Origin: a virus
Strand: one strand, 5' to 3'
Length of the DNA stretch: 64,000 nt
Virus record (IMG/VR): IMGVR_UViG_3300020442_000006
Span: 64,001-128,000 of that record
Below the pieces are notes generated by a model. The model saw nothing but the letters and a program-made list of their open reading frames with translations, had not been told where the DNA came from and did not search any database. How positions within the stretch are numbered: position 1 is the stretch's first letter; each line of letters begins with the position of its first letter. Position numbers and translations under genes: made by a program. Below are positions 35,909-44,803 of the stretch, piece by piece.

Positions 35909-38322
35909 TAGAACCCACCTGATGTGAATGATCCGAGATCAGTGTGAATGACCTGAGTATTGTCAACGCCAACAGTTTCTTTCACTGTCTTGATGATTGG
36001 TTGCATAACGACCACCTGTGAAGAATCACCTGAAGTAAGTTCAGTGTCTTGTCTTTGAGATGATGATGTTAATTCACTAGTCTTCGTACTATTTAGATCT
36101 GTACTAGTAATACTCCTGTTATCAGGAGTGCTTGGTGGTCCACTGCTCAACTTTTTGGCACCTTTAGCGATAGCAACTCTTATAGTTTTTGGCATCACCT
36201 TTTTATATTTTTTCACAAAATCCTTATCTTTTTTATTACCTGCAACACCACCAAGAGTCACACCAACACAACCTGCAGTACCATTGTCATTAATATCATT
36301 ATGAAGTTGAATTGCAGATCTTTTACCAATCGTACCACTCATATTGTTAATAAAGGTAGACCAAATTCCAATACCTTTTACATTTCCGTGTTCTGCAAAT
36401 CCAACAAGAGGATAAGTACCATCTGGTAAAGGATAATAAGCACCAGATACGTTTCTTCTTTGTTTCTGTGATGTACCTGCTGTATTATATGTACCACTGA
36501 TTGCTTCCCACTGACCAACCTTCTTATTCTTACCATCAAACAGACGTAACACACCAGTAGCACCATCACCGTGTCCTTGGAAATCTAAACGTCCTCCTGG
36601 TGGCACAGGACCGTCATCTGGACCCTTACCTTTATTAGCAATAGATGGATCGGAAACCATATCAGTTTGAGGTTGTGCCATCTCAATCTCTTGTAATGCT
36701 ATTGCTGCTTCTCTTGCTTTCTTTTTAGCGTGGGGTATTAAAACCTCTTCCCAGTGCTTCGCTTTTTCATCGTTAGTTGAACCAAGTGGGTTACCGTGAC
36801 CATTTCCGATGTGCATACCTGGTGCACCATTGGATGTCCTGATGACACCATCAACACCAAACCAGATTGATCTGCTTCCACCCTTACCCTTTGCTTGACG
36901 CTTCTTAATCTTCTCTAACTGCTTAGTCAGATTTCGAACATCATAATCCTCATTCTCTGCCTGAGCGATTGCTTTCTGAGCATCTGAACCAAATGCTCTC
37001 GCGAAATTATTCGCTGTTCCTTGTGCAAGTTTGACACCATTCTTAATGAACCACGCTGCTTTCTCAATGATCCAGACAATACCATCTAACGCTCCTTGAG
37101 CAAGAGGACCTGCAATGAAATCCATAATGGCACTGAACGCCTTGGTTGCAATAGGTGCAACCGCATCAATAATGATTCCAAATAATGCTTTCAGTGGTTC
37201 AAACAAATCTTTCAGTGGTTCTACCAGTGGCATTAGATATGCTTTCCATATTGGTAGAGCAATATTCTTAAAGAAATCACCCATAGGTTTCAGAATGGGT
37301 TCCATTGACTCTCCAAGGAACGCTCCAATCTTATCTCCAATAAATCCACCCAAGACACCACCAACAAGAGGTGCAAATGGTCCTAAGACAGGCACCAACA
37401 ATGCAGTTACCGCAGTAGTACCAACAGCAGCACCGATACCTCCACCTGCTGCAACGTTCAACTTGTCACCTGCAGCGAGTCTAGATCCAAATGCAAACAC
37501 ACCTGACAGTGCACCTGCACCGACAGGAGATTTGAAGAACTTACCCATCTTACCTAGCAACTTGCCGCCACCACCAGGTTTCATCCCAGGTTTTCCTTTT
37601 AATCCTGGTCTTGTGCCAGTATTTTGCATCTGGCGCTGTTGGATGCGCTGCTTCTGTAACTGACCTGCCTTTCTATTTCCTTTGAATAGTTTAGATAGTT
37701 TACTTATATCTCCTGCAATTTTCCACGGTCTTAATATTCTACCTGCTACAAAAATACCTGCGAGACCACCTATAACTTTCAGTGCTCTCATTACAGGTCC
37801 GTCGTTACCATCTGGATCAAACAGACCATCGTAGATCATAGAGAAACCCCACGATCCAACTTTCCATACAGTTCCCAACCACTTACCGATCCACGAGAAA
37901 CCAGTCTTGATCATCTCTTTGTTCTCTGGTTTGGATAAGAAATCCAATGCAAAGAACGTTGCAATAGTACCTGCAAATTGAATTAGAGGTTGGATTAGTG
38001 GTGATAGCAGTCCAAAGATACCACTGCCACCCTTCTTATATCCTCTTGCTTCTGACTCCTTGTCAATATTTTCTGCTGTCTTCTTCTCAATCTTTTTCTC
38101 TCTCGCCCTGTCTTGTGCTAAAGACCTTCTTCCTTGCACCTGATACGCTGCATCTAGTCTCGCTTGATGTGAACTGGTTAGAATTTTACCTACATCAGTT
38201 ACAGTTGCTCCAAGTCTGTTGACCGCCAAGGTCATTGACATAGCAGGATCTCTCTTGTCCATACCTGAGGTAGTGACAGGAAGAAAGTTTCTTATTTGTA
38301 ACTTGGGTGCTGATTTTGCCAT
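35908..38322 (-). CDS. Tape-measure-like tail protein 1 with C-terminal Tlde1/DUF2778-like L,D-transpeptidase-fold domain
   Basis: Helical N-terminal region; AISG...PLPDGTY...R...LH......GTAGCVG motif. Confidence 0.65.
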   Translation of the reverse strand: MAKSAPKLQIRNFLPVTTSGMDKRDPAMSMTLAVNRLGATVTDVGKILTSSHQARLDAAYQVQGRRSLAQDRAREKKIEKKTAENIDKESEARGYKKGGSGIFGLLSPLIQPLIQFAGTIATFFALDFLSKPENKEMIKTGFSWIGKWLGTVWKVGSWGFSMIYDGLFDPDGNDGPVMRALKVIGGLAGIFVAGRILRPWKIAGDISKLSKLFKGNRKAGQLQKQRIQQRQMQNTGTRPGLKGKPGMKPGGGGKLLGKMGKFFKSPVGAGALSGVFAFGSRLAAGDKLNVAAGGGIGAAVGTTAVTALLVPVLGPFAPLVGGVLGGFIGDKIGAFLGESMEPILKPMGDFFKNIALPIWKAYLMPLVEPLKDLFEPLKALFGIIIDAVAPIATKAFSAIMDFIAGPLAQGALDGIVWIIEKAAWFIKNGVKLAQGTANNFARAFGSDAQKAIAQAENEDYDVRNLTKQLEKIKKRQAKGKGGSRSIWFGVDGVIRTSNGAPGMHIGNGHGNPLGSTNDEKAKHWEEVLIPHAKKKAREAAIALQEIEMAQPQTDMVSDPSIANKGKGPDDGPVPPGGRLDFQGHGDGATGVLRLFDGKNKKVGQWEAISGTYNTAGTSQKQRRNVSGAYYPLPDGTYPLVGFAEHGNVKGIGIWSTFINNMSGTIGKRSAIQLHNDINDNGTAGCVGVTLGGVAGNKKDKDFVKKYKKVMPKTIRVAIAKGAKKLSSGPPSTPDNRSITSTDLNSTKTSELTSSSQRQDTELTSGDSSQVVVMQPIIKTVKETVGVDNTQVIHTDLGSFTSGGF

Positions 38323-38495
38323 TAAAGTGATTGATGTTGACCCGACTGTTGTCGTTGCCTTGCTTCTTCTTCACGTAGATAACGCATCAGAAGATTCACA
38401 TAAACATCACGTTCCCAGGGCATCATATTTTCTAACTCAGTGAGACTATACTTATGGTGTTGCATCAAAGCAAAGTTAGTCTCAAACATATTCAT
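38322..38495 (-). CDS. gp51: gp51-like baseplate hub assembly catalyst; reading frame is open from 38540 and may be reached by -1 frameshift from gp26
   Basis: Manual translation MNMFETNFALMQHHKYSLTELENMMPWERDVYVNLLMRYLREEEARQRQQSGQHQSL. Confidence 0.85.
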   Translation of the reverse strand: MNMFETNFALMQHHKYSLTELENMMPWERDVYVNLLMRYLREEEARQRQQSGQHQSL

Positions 38496-38515
38496 CAAGG
38501 AGTCGTGCGCTAGGG

Positions 38516-39220
38516 CTACGCGAAAAAACTTGCTAGTCCTTCAAGCACGATGGGTGATGTAACTTCAGTTTTAGGATTGAAAACCTCAATAGTATGAGTA
38601 AGTTTAGGCATAGTTTCAAAGAACTTCTGAACCTTAGCGAACTGTACTGAATCCATACTCTCGTAGAATTCTACAAGTTCCTTGGTTGTATGATCCTTTC
38701 CTTCATATACTTCCTCGCCTTCAGCAATATTATCAGTACAAGAGGCAGCGAGTTTGAATAGATCATCTACACCTGGATCATCAACGAGATTATTTTTCAC
38801 GAACACATCCAGTGAAGGATACTTCATAGTAATAGTAATATCATCGTTGAGTACAAGTTTGTTGGTATGTTCCTTAGGAATTTGTACCTTAACTTCATCC
38901 AGATTGACTTGAATGTCAACCTTAGTGGTCTCATCGTCAGGACAAGTGATTTTGAATTCACTCACCTCACCTACAGATTTACCACGGATCTTAAGGAAAA
39001 GATATTCAATATCAAAAGTGGCAAGTTCATTAACGTTCTTAATGTTAGTGCACGCTTTGATAATATCTTTAACCGCTTTGATCATCTCCTTGTTATCCTG
39101 TGTCTCCATAGCAAGGTAAAGAAGTTTCTCTTCTCTTACTAGGAAAGGTCTGTAGGTAACCTTTTGTCCACGAGGAAGCACGCATTCATAATCTGGAATG
39201 CTCAGTTTAGGTAAAGGCAT
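38516..39220 (-). CDS. gp26: Baseplate hub subunit gp26
   Basis: MPLPK...YRPFLVREEKLL...DIEYLFLKIRGKS.GE...LEGLASFF. Confidence 0.9.
   Translation of the reverse strand: MPLPKLSIPDYECVLPRGQKVTYRPFLVREEKLLYLAMETQDNKEMIKAVKDIIKACTNIKNVNELATFDIEYLFLKIRGKSVGEVSEFKITCPDDETTKVDIQVNLDEVKVQIPKEHTNKLVLNDDITITMKYPSLDVFVKNNLVDDPGVDDLFKLAASCTDNIAEGEEVYEGKDHTTKELVEFYESMDSVQFAKVQKFFETMPKLTHTIEVFNPKTEVTSPIVLEGLASFFA
38522..38528 (-). promoter_or_regulatory. Candidate -1 ribosomal frameshift heptamer T TTT TTC
   Basis: X XXY YYZ in the gp26 frame, one sense codon before its stop; the -1 frame runs into gp51. Confidence 0.6.
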
Positions 39221-39249
39221 TGTGTAAAATTACAATTCAGTAAAACTAT

Positions 39250-39972
39250 TTAGACCCCGACGTAGGTCCTAAAGTCACTACTGTCGAGCACATTATCTAT
39301 ATTGTTTATAACCTTTTCGGTAGTCCATCCGTTGACTCTGTTCTCTTTCGTAGTAAATCTATAACGCTCGAACTTAAACTGTACATCCAATCTCATAACA
39401 TCTGCAGCAGCGTTTCCAAAGTTCATTGTACCTAGGTTGAATGGATATGCACCCGTGAATCTCCAGATACCCGTCGCTTTATTCAGACGTGTCTCGTACT
39501 TTATATTCTTCCTAGTTGTCTCTACCTTAAAATTAGATCCTCTCTCCCACTTTCTAACGATGATGTCACAGATGTAATCATCATAGAAACAGACTCTGTT
39601 CTCACCATCAGGTGCGATAGCATTCATCCAAGTCTCAAAGAAATTTCTATGCCACTGGTTCTTAGTCACCAGGAATGACATACCTAGTTCATTAGGTGTC
39701 TGTCCTGTAGCATATGATCTTTGAAGACCAAAGTTTTGTGTGTCACCTGTAGTAATATTTCTAGAAGGAATTGTAACTGAGTCAGCAAAATAATTTACAG
39801 CATCATAATACTCTGCACTAGGTTTGAATTCATTAGGTTGCAAAGCACCTGCACCAAGAACTCTCGGGAAACCAATGTCTACAGAGTACAGGTTGCCACG
39901 AACGGGTTCCCAAGCACCTTTAGCAACAAGGGATTGGAACTGTGTGAATGAATTGGGTGCTGAATATGCCAT
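39250..39972 (-). CDS. Tail-tube-fold protein (gp54/gp19-like baseplate-tube initiator)
   Basis: SVTIPSR.I, FF..W...I, AYP..L...FG...V.F.FERY motifs. Confidence 0.7.
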   Translation of the reverse strand: MAYSAPNSFTQFQSLVAKGAWEPVRGNLYSVDIGFPRVLGAGALQPNEFKPSAEYYDAVNYFADSVTIPSRNITTGDTQNFGLQRSYATGQTPNELGMSFLVTKNQWHRNFFETWMNAIAPDGENRVCFYDDYICDIIVRKWERGSNFKVETTRKNIKYETRLNKATGIWRFTGAYPFNLGTMNFGNAAADVMRLDVQFKFERYRFTTKENRVNGWTTEKVINNIDNVLDSSDFRTYVGV

Positions 39973-40427
39973 TAAAGTTTCTTCAATACTGCCGACGTTG
40001 GTACGGGTATGTTTCTTCCGTTAATCGTGGTGACGAATTCTTCGGAGGGAATCAAACCAATATCTGCCCACTCAGAGTTTTCAATGTTGTAATAGGGAGA
40101 TAAAACATTACTTCTCAAGTATTTATGCAGAGTAACGGGAGGTGGTGACGGGGAGAACCCTGACACCCGTGCTTGAGGTGGTAGATAGTGCACGTTGGCA
40201 CCCCAAAAGTGTTCTGCTGACTCACCTATCACGTACACCATAGGACACTTGTCCCAGAACTGATACTTCTCTGCATACTCTGCTGTGTACTTGAATGTAC
40301 ACACCCCACCGACAGCAGGACTATCCAGACCACGACCTGCAAGGTAGAAGAACAACTGACTCCTCCACCACGATGGTGCCATAGATTTATAGTTTGCTAG
40401 GTCTCTTAGATCTTGATAGACAGTCAT
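39972..40427 (-). CDS. gp2: DNA end-protector protein gp2-like
   Basis: WDKCPMV...WGANVHYLPPQAR motif; synteny with gp4. Confidence 0.7.
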   Translation of the reverse strand: MTVYQDLRDLANYKSMAPSWWRSQLFFYLAGRGLDSPAVGGVCTFKYTAEYAEKYQFWDKCPMVYVIGESAEHFWGANVHYLPPQARVSGFSPSPPPVTLHKYLRSNVLSPYYNIENSEWADIGLIPSEEFVTTINGRNIPVPTSAVLKKL

Positions 40428-40861
40428 ACTTTGAGTTCTTTTTCGGTGAGGATCATAAATTTCATCTTACGATCTGCACAATACTCACGTGCTGCTTTCC
40501 ACTTCGCTTGATTGACTCCGTAAGTGGCGATCTCATTCAATAATCTCTTCGTCCTCCTACCTTTCTTAGGTGGGAGAGTTTGTGCTTTAGGTTTTACCTC
40601 CACTATATATTTAGTAGTACCAGAGGAAGTTTTTCCTTTGATGTAGAAGTCTGGGAAATATCTGTGAACTCTACCGTCAACAGGTGATATGTAAGGGATA
40701 ATAATCTCCTCACTACCCCACTCTAGAACGTTCTCATTCTTATCACACCACACCATTAATTTTCTTTCCCATAAACTCCTATAAATAATGTTTGTGGGAT
40801 CCCCTTTGTATTTTCCTGGGTAACTAGGTCTGAACCGTCCTGAATAACTACGCTGTGTCAT
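40424..40861 (-). CDS. gp4: Head completion nuclease gp4
   Basis: YRSLWE...WGSEE..IPY...HRYFPDF...VEVKP...NQAKW. Confidence 0.9.
   Translation of the reverse strand: MTQRSYSGRFRPSYPGKYKGDPTNIIYRSLWERKLMVWCDKNENVLEWGSEEIIIPYISPVDGRVHRYFPDFYIKGKTSSGTTKYIVEVKPKAQTLPPKKGRRTKRLLNEIATYGVNQAKWKAAREYCADRKMKFMILTEKELKV
40780..40787 (+). promoter_or_regulatory. T4-type late promoter TATAAATA for gp48-gp53, located inside gp4
   Basis: Exact match on plus, 74 nt upstream of ATG 40862. Confidence 0.7.
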
Positions 40862-41950
40862 ATGACTGCTCCATTAGTCTACCCAAGAACCCTTCCAACA
40901 GACATCCTCTCTAGTAGAAGAGAGATTGATGCTGAGGATACATATCGGACAGAACTTGTTGATTATTTGAAGATTCAAGTTTTTGATTCGGAGATTGCTA
41001 ACCCTTATACTTATGCAGGAAGCGGTGGACAAGATATAAAATCATTGAATGCTCAGAGATCTACTGCAGGATTAGTGGGTAATGTGTTCTTATATTTACC
41101 CAATGGATTGCAGGAAAGTTATCAAGCAATGTATAACGAGACAACACTGGGTGCAGTTGGTGTTGGTGCGATTGGTGCAATAGGAGATCTAACTAATAAA
41201 GAAAATCTTGTAGAACAATTACAAAGTACAGCGGGTGCATTGAAACCAGAGTTCTTGATGAACTCAGTGTCATCTGCTCTCGGTACAGTTAACTCTACTC
41301 TAGGTGCAAGTGGTAACATCGATGGTGATGCTCTGTCTGCTCTTACAACTAAGAAAGTTTTCAACCCATACCAAGAAGTAACATTCAAAGGTGTGGCATA
41401 TAGAAACCATACATTTAACTTTAAGATTGCACCACGTAATGCATCTGAAGCAGAGGAAGCACTAAGAATATTCAAACTACTAAGAATTACTATGCACCCT
41501 GCTATGTCAGGTGGTAACGATGAAGCAGTTAATAAGATGTTTGGTCTAGATAATAAGAATGAGAAGACTGAAAAAGAGTCAGGTGATGATAAAACCAAAG
41601 AGAATGTAGCAAACTTTGTAGCAGTTAAAGATGGTGAGACTGCTAACAACGCTAGGTTCCTAAACATTCCTCATCATTATCGTCTGTCTGTCGTTCGTGT
41701 GAAAGCACAAGAGACTGAGACGGGTGATGATCTTACGATCACTGGTAAAGGTGGGTTCCTGAAACAGATTCATAACTTCCCATCGAAAGTTGTGCTTGAG
41801 AATCTTTCTTTGAGTTCTTCACCTGATAACTTTATGAATACGCTGAGAGACATTGCTAACAACACTTGGGACTATGGTCCTGTTGCATACACTTTGACGA
41901 TGACCTTCAAAGAAACTCAGTTCCTTACAAACGATATGTTCCCTGCATAA
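40862..41950 (+). CDS. gp48: Baseplate tail-tube cap gp48
   Basis: LYLP..LQESY, NPYQE..FKGV..R.HTF.FK.APRN.SEA, TMTFKE motifs. Confidence 0.85.
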   Translation: MTAPLVYPRTLPTDILSSRREIDAEDTYRTELVDYLKIQVFDSEIANPYTYAGSGGQDIKSLNAQRSTAGLVGNVFLYLPNGLQESYQAMYNETTLGAVGVGAIGAIGDLTNKENLVEQLQSTAGALKPEFLMNSVSSALGTVNSTLGASGNIDGDALSALTTKKVFNPYQEVTFKGVAYRNHTFNFKIAPRNASEAEEALRIFKLLRITMHPAMSGGNDEAVNKMFGLDNKNEKTEKESGDDKTKENVANFVAVKDGETANNARFLNIPHHYRLSVVRVKAQETETGDDLTITGKGGFLKQIHNFPSKVVLENLSLSSSPDNFMNTLRDIANNTWDYGPVAYTLTMTFKETQFLTNDMFPA

Positions 41951-42937
41951 ATGGCATACTTTAAGTTTTTCCCCAACGTATATGTAAGAAATAGGACGTT
42001 CCAAAACGGTAACCATCCTTATGAACTTACAAAAAACATCTTCCGTCGTATCAAGATCAAGGAGAAGGTCGTAGGTAAACTCCTAGGTTTTACTCAGTAT
42101 TCTATCAAGGAAGGTGAGCGTCCAGATATGGTTGCCAAGAAAGTGTATGGTGATTCTGGATTGGACTGGGTTGTGTTACTTTGCAACAACATCATCAATG
42201 TAAATGAAGAATGGCCAGTAACAAGAGATGAAATGTATGCTATATGTCAAGACAGGTTTGGTGATGTAGATTCAATCAGTCACTACGAAACTAGAGAGAT
42301 TAAAAATCTTGATGGTACTGTGGTTCTACCCGAAGGTATAGTTGTCAATGAAGATTATCAATACATCAAAAGTGATGGGACTGTAATGCCCAAGAGTGAA
42401 TCTCGTAGACCTATCAGTAACTTTGAGAAACTTGATGCAGAGAATGAATACAAACGTAACATACATCTCTTGCGTGGTGCATACATTGATGACTTTGTGA
42501 ATGAGTTCAGAAGACTTGCCAAGTATCTACCTAACGATGAAGTAGATGCTAAAGGCAATAAGAAAACCCCTACCACATTGGCAGAGGAGTTCATTGGTAT
42601 CACTAACTATAGAAAACCAAGTCAGAGCACAGCATCAACTGGTTCTGCACGTGGTGGTGGATCATCTACAGCACTCATCTCATCTGGTGGAGGAGTATCA
42701 GCAGTAACATCAGCAGTAGAGACAGAGGCAGACAACACACAAGCATCAACGTCCACGACATCCACATCGAGTGTGTCTTCTGGATCATACACTGGCACTC
42801 AGACTGGTAGTGGTGACACCTCAAGTAGTTCTAGTTCCTCTAGCAGTAGCAGCAGTTCCAGTTCTTCTAGCGGTAGTTCCAGTAGTGGAGGATCCAGTAG
42901 TTCTGGTGGAGGTTACGGTTACGGAGGAGGATATTAA
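41951..42937 (+). CDS. gp53: Baseplate wedge gp53 with long Ser/Gly-rich C-terminal tail
   Basis: MAYFKFFPNV, GERPDMVA..VYGDS.LDWVVLL.NNI...EWP, ENE.KR.I.LL motifs. Confidence 0.9.
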   Translation: MAYFKFFPNVYVRNRTFQNGNHPYELTKNIFRRIKIKEKVVGKLLGFTQYSIKEGERPDMVAKKVYGDSGLDWVVLLCNNIINVNEEWPVTRDEMYAICQDRFGDVDSISHYETREIKNLDGTVVLPEGIVVNEDYQYIKSDGTVMPKSESRRPISNFEKLDAENEYKRNIHLLRGAYIDDFVNEFRRLAKYLPNDEVDAKGNKKTPTTLAEEFIGITNYRKPSQSTASTGSARGGGSSTALISSGGGVSAVTSAVETEADNTQASTSTTSTSSVSSGSYTGTQTGSGDTSSSSSSSSSSSSSSSSSGSSSSGGSSSSGGGYGYGGGY

Positions 42938-43182
42938 TGCTGTACATCGAAGGTTGCCAGTCTCTTAAATTAGAGTGTGCCCTTCGGCAGTTAGGTTTTG
43001 TTGATATAGGTTGGAAGACAGTAGCACACGCAGGTATATTTTTCGTGCAACCAGTAGGAGTTCCTGACGTACCAGACGGAGACCTCCTAGGATTTCTTGT
43101 GACTATTCCATACGCAGAATGGCGGCGTCCTAAACTTAAGACGACCGCCAAACTTGCTTTAGATTATGCTCTACACGGTTAG
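42937..43182 (+). CDS. Hypothetical protein (81 aa)
   Basis: ORF track; TAATG-coupled to gp53. Confidence 0.65.
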   Translation: MLYIEGCQSLKLECALRQLGFVDIGWKTVAHAGIFFVQPVGVPDVPDGDLLGFLVTIPYAEWRRPKLKTTAKLALDYALHG

Positions 43183-43475
43183 AAACACCAACCGTCTTTC
43201 TTGTAGAAATAACAGGGAACACCGTGTTCGTTGTACCGATTAGGTCTGAACACAGGGGGACGATAATAATCCCTGTGATAATGATGGTGATGATGATGCT
43301 CTCGCTTTGGTCTTACTGGTGAGTACCAACAGTTCCAAGTCTCGAACAGTTTATCATACACGCAATGTGATGGATGCACTTCAAATCCATCAGCAGTTTT
43401 AATACGAGGTTTGTGTGCTGCCACCGCAGGTGATGCGATGGTAAGTGCAAGGAGTGCGATGGCAAACTTTTTCAT
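43179..43475 (-). CDS. Exported small protein with His6 tract and four Cys
   Basis: Signal peptide MKKFAIALLALTIASPAVA; REHHHHHHYH. Confidence 0.7.
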   Translation of the reverse strand: MKKFAIALLALTIASPAVAAHKPRIKTADGFEVHPSHCVYDKLFETWNCWYSPVRPKREHHHHHHYHRDYYRPPVFRPNRYNEHGVPCYFYKKDGWCF

Positions 43476-43482
43476 TGGTTCT

Positions 43483-44403
43483 TTACTCTTCTTCTGCTAG
43501 TTTAGCAAAGTATGAGAGAGTGTCGTCCTCGTCTGTGCCACTTGTTGAAGTGGACACCTGTTCTGTCCAAGCAGGAGCAGTAGGTGTGATGTCAGCAGCG
43601 TTGAATGAACCACGTCCTTCAGACTCATCCTCAAGTGACTCATCGATCTGCATAGCAGCAGTCTTAGGACCGAGCACAGACTTCAGACGAGCATCAAGTT
43701 CCTCGTAGGTCTTGAACTGATCTGGAGCAGTGAACGATGCAAGATCGTGAGTAGATGTGTAAATCTCTTCAAGTTTAGCATCATCAAAACTACCCAAGAC
43801 ATTAGGAGTAGTGAAAGAACTATCATCATAGTTCCAGTAACCTGCAACCTGCTTGATCTTCAACTTGAAGTCAGCACCCTTCCAAAGATCGAAAGGATTG
43901 AATGCGGGTTCTGGATCGTAGTCATTCTCATTGGGTTGCATCTTTGCCATAATCTTGTCAAAGATACGCTTGCCATACTTATACAGGAATACCTTACCTT
44001 CGTTCTCAGGATTCAATGGATCCTTAACAACGTAGATGTTGCTGTAGTACGACAACTTACGCTTTTGCTTACGTGCGATGTCTTTATCTGACTCGTTACC
44101 AGAGTTCCAAAGTGAAGAGTTGAGTGCAGAGACAGGATCCTTTTGACCAAGGGTTGTGAGAGAGTTCTCAATGTACCAACCACCAGGACCTTGGAATGCG
44201 TGACTCCAAACCTGTGCCCAAGGAAGGTCTGCTCCTTCAGACTCTGGGAGGAAACGGATTACTGCGAACCCATTACCTGATTTGTCCACCTGTGGTTTCC
44301 AGAAGCGTTCGTCTACCTTCTTTCCTCCACTGGACATTTTCTCAATTTCTTTAGTCAGGTTAGCGAATGAACCAGACTTCTTCTTAAGATCTGCAAATGC
44401 CAT
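43483..44403 (-). CDS. gp32: Single-stranded DNA-binding protein gp32
   Basis: DERFWKP..DK.GNG.AVIRFLP, WYIENSLTT, YGKRIFDKI, acidic tail ending SYFAKLAEEE. Confidence 0.95.
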   Translation of the reverse strand: MAFADLKKKSGSFANLTKEIEKMSSGGKKVDERFWKPQVDKSGNGFAVIRFLPESEGADLPWAQVWSHAFQGPGGWYIENSLTTLGQKDPVSALNSSLWNSGNESDKDIARKQKRKLSYYSNIYVVKDPLNPENEGKVFLYKYGKRIFDKIMAKMQPNENDYDPEPAFNPFDLWKGADFKLKIKQVAGYWNYDDSSFTTPNVLGSFDDAKLEEIYTSTHDLASFTAPDQFKTYEELDARLKSVLGPKTAAMQIDESLEDESEGRGSFNAADITPTAPAWTEQVSTSTSGTDEDDTLSYFAKLAEEE

Positions 44404-44465
44404 TTGATTAGTGTCGTTGTGTGTTGTGTGTTTGTACTACCCATACAGGGTAACGTACTATTTAG
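44404..44465 (-). promoter_or_regulatory. gp32 leader: late promoter CTAAATA, hairpin and unstructured AC-rich tract (candidate autogenous operator)
   Basis: GTAC-GT-TACCC-TGTAT-GGGTA-GTAC hairpin, then AAACACACAACACACAACGACACTAATCAA-ATG without an SD. Confidence 0.55.
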
Positions 44466-44803
44466 TCGTTGTCAAGGTGCTTTCTTCGCATATCCCTGAG
44501 TTTTGTCTCCATATCATCAAGAACCTCGTTGATGTGCTTGCCTCCAGAATACATCTCTGAAAGCGTATCAATTTTGAACTTGATGGACCTTGCCTCCTCG
44601 TCTGTGTGGGACATCAGAGCAAGTCTAGCATAGAATACCTTTTGCTTGGCGATCAGTTCCAGAGTTCCCTCTAGATGCTGTCGTCTGCCTTCCTCATCGA
44701 GTTCAGCAAACTTTACTGACAGTTTTGCAAGTTCGAGATAGAGTTGCTCCATCTCTTGTACTTCGCCACGTACAACGTCCGATTCGTAGAATGGTTTCGT
44801 CAT
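44462..44803 (-). CDS. DUF1825-like helical protein
   Basis: F..S..V..E...QK.FYARL.L pattern; position between gp33 and gp32. Confidence 0.65.
   Translation of the reverse strand: MTKPFYESDVVRGEVQEMEQLYLELAKLSVKFAELDEEGRRQHLEGTLELIAKQKVFYARLALMSHTDEEARSIKFKIDTLSEMYSGGKHINEVLDDMETKLRDMRRKHLDND

Noticed and set aside
42820-42920. DNA tandem repeat or array
   Set aside because: Only protein-level Ser/Gly low complexity with mixed codons; no fixed repeat unit
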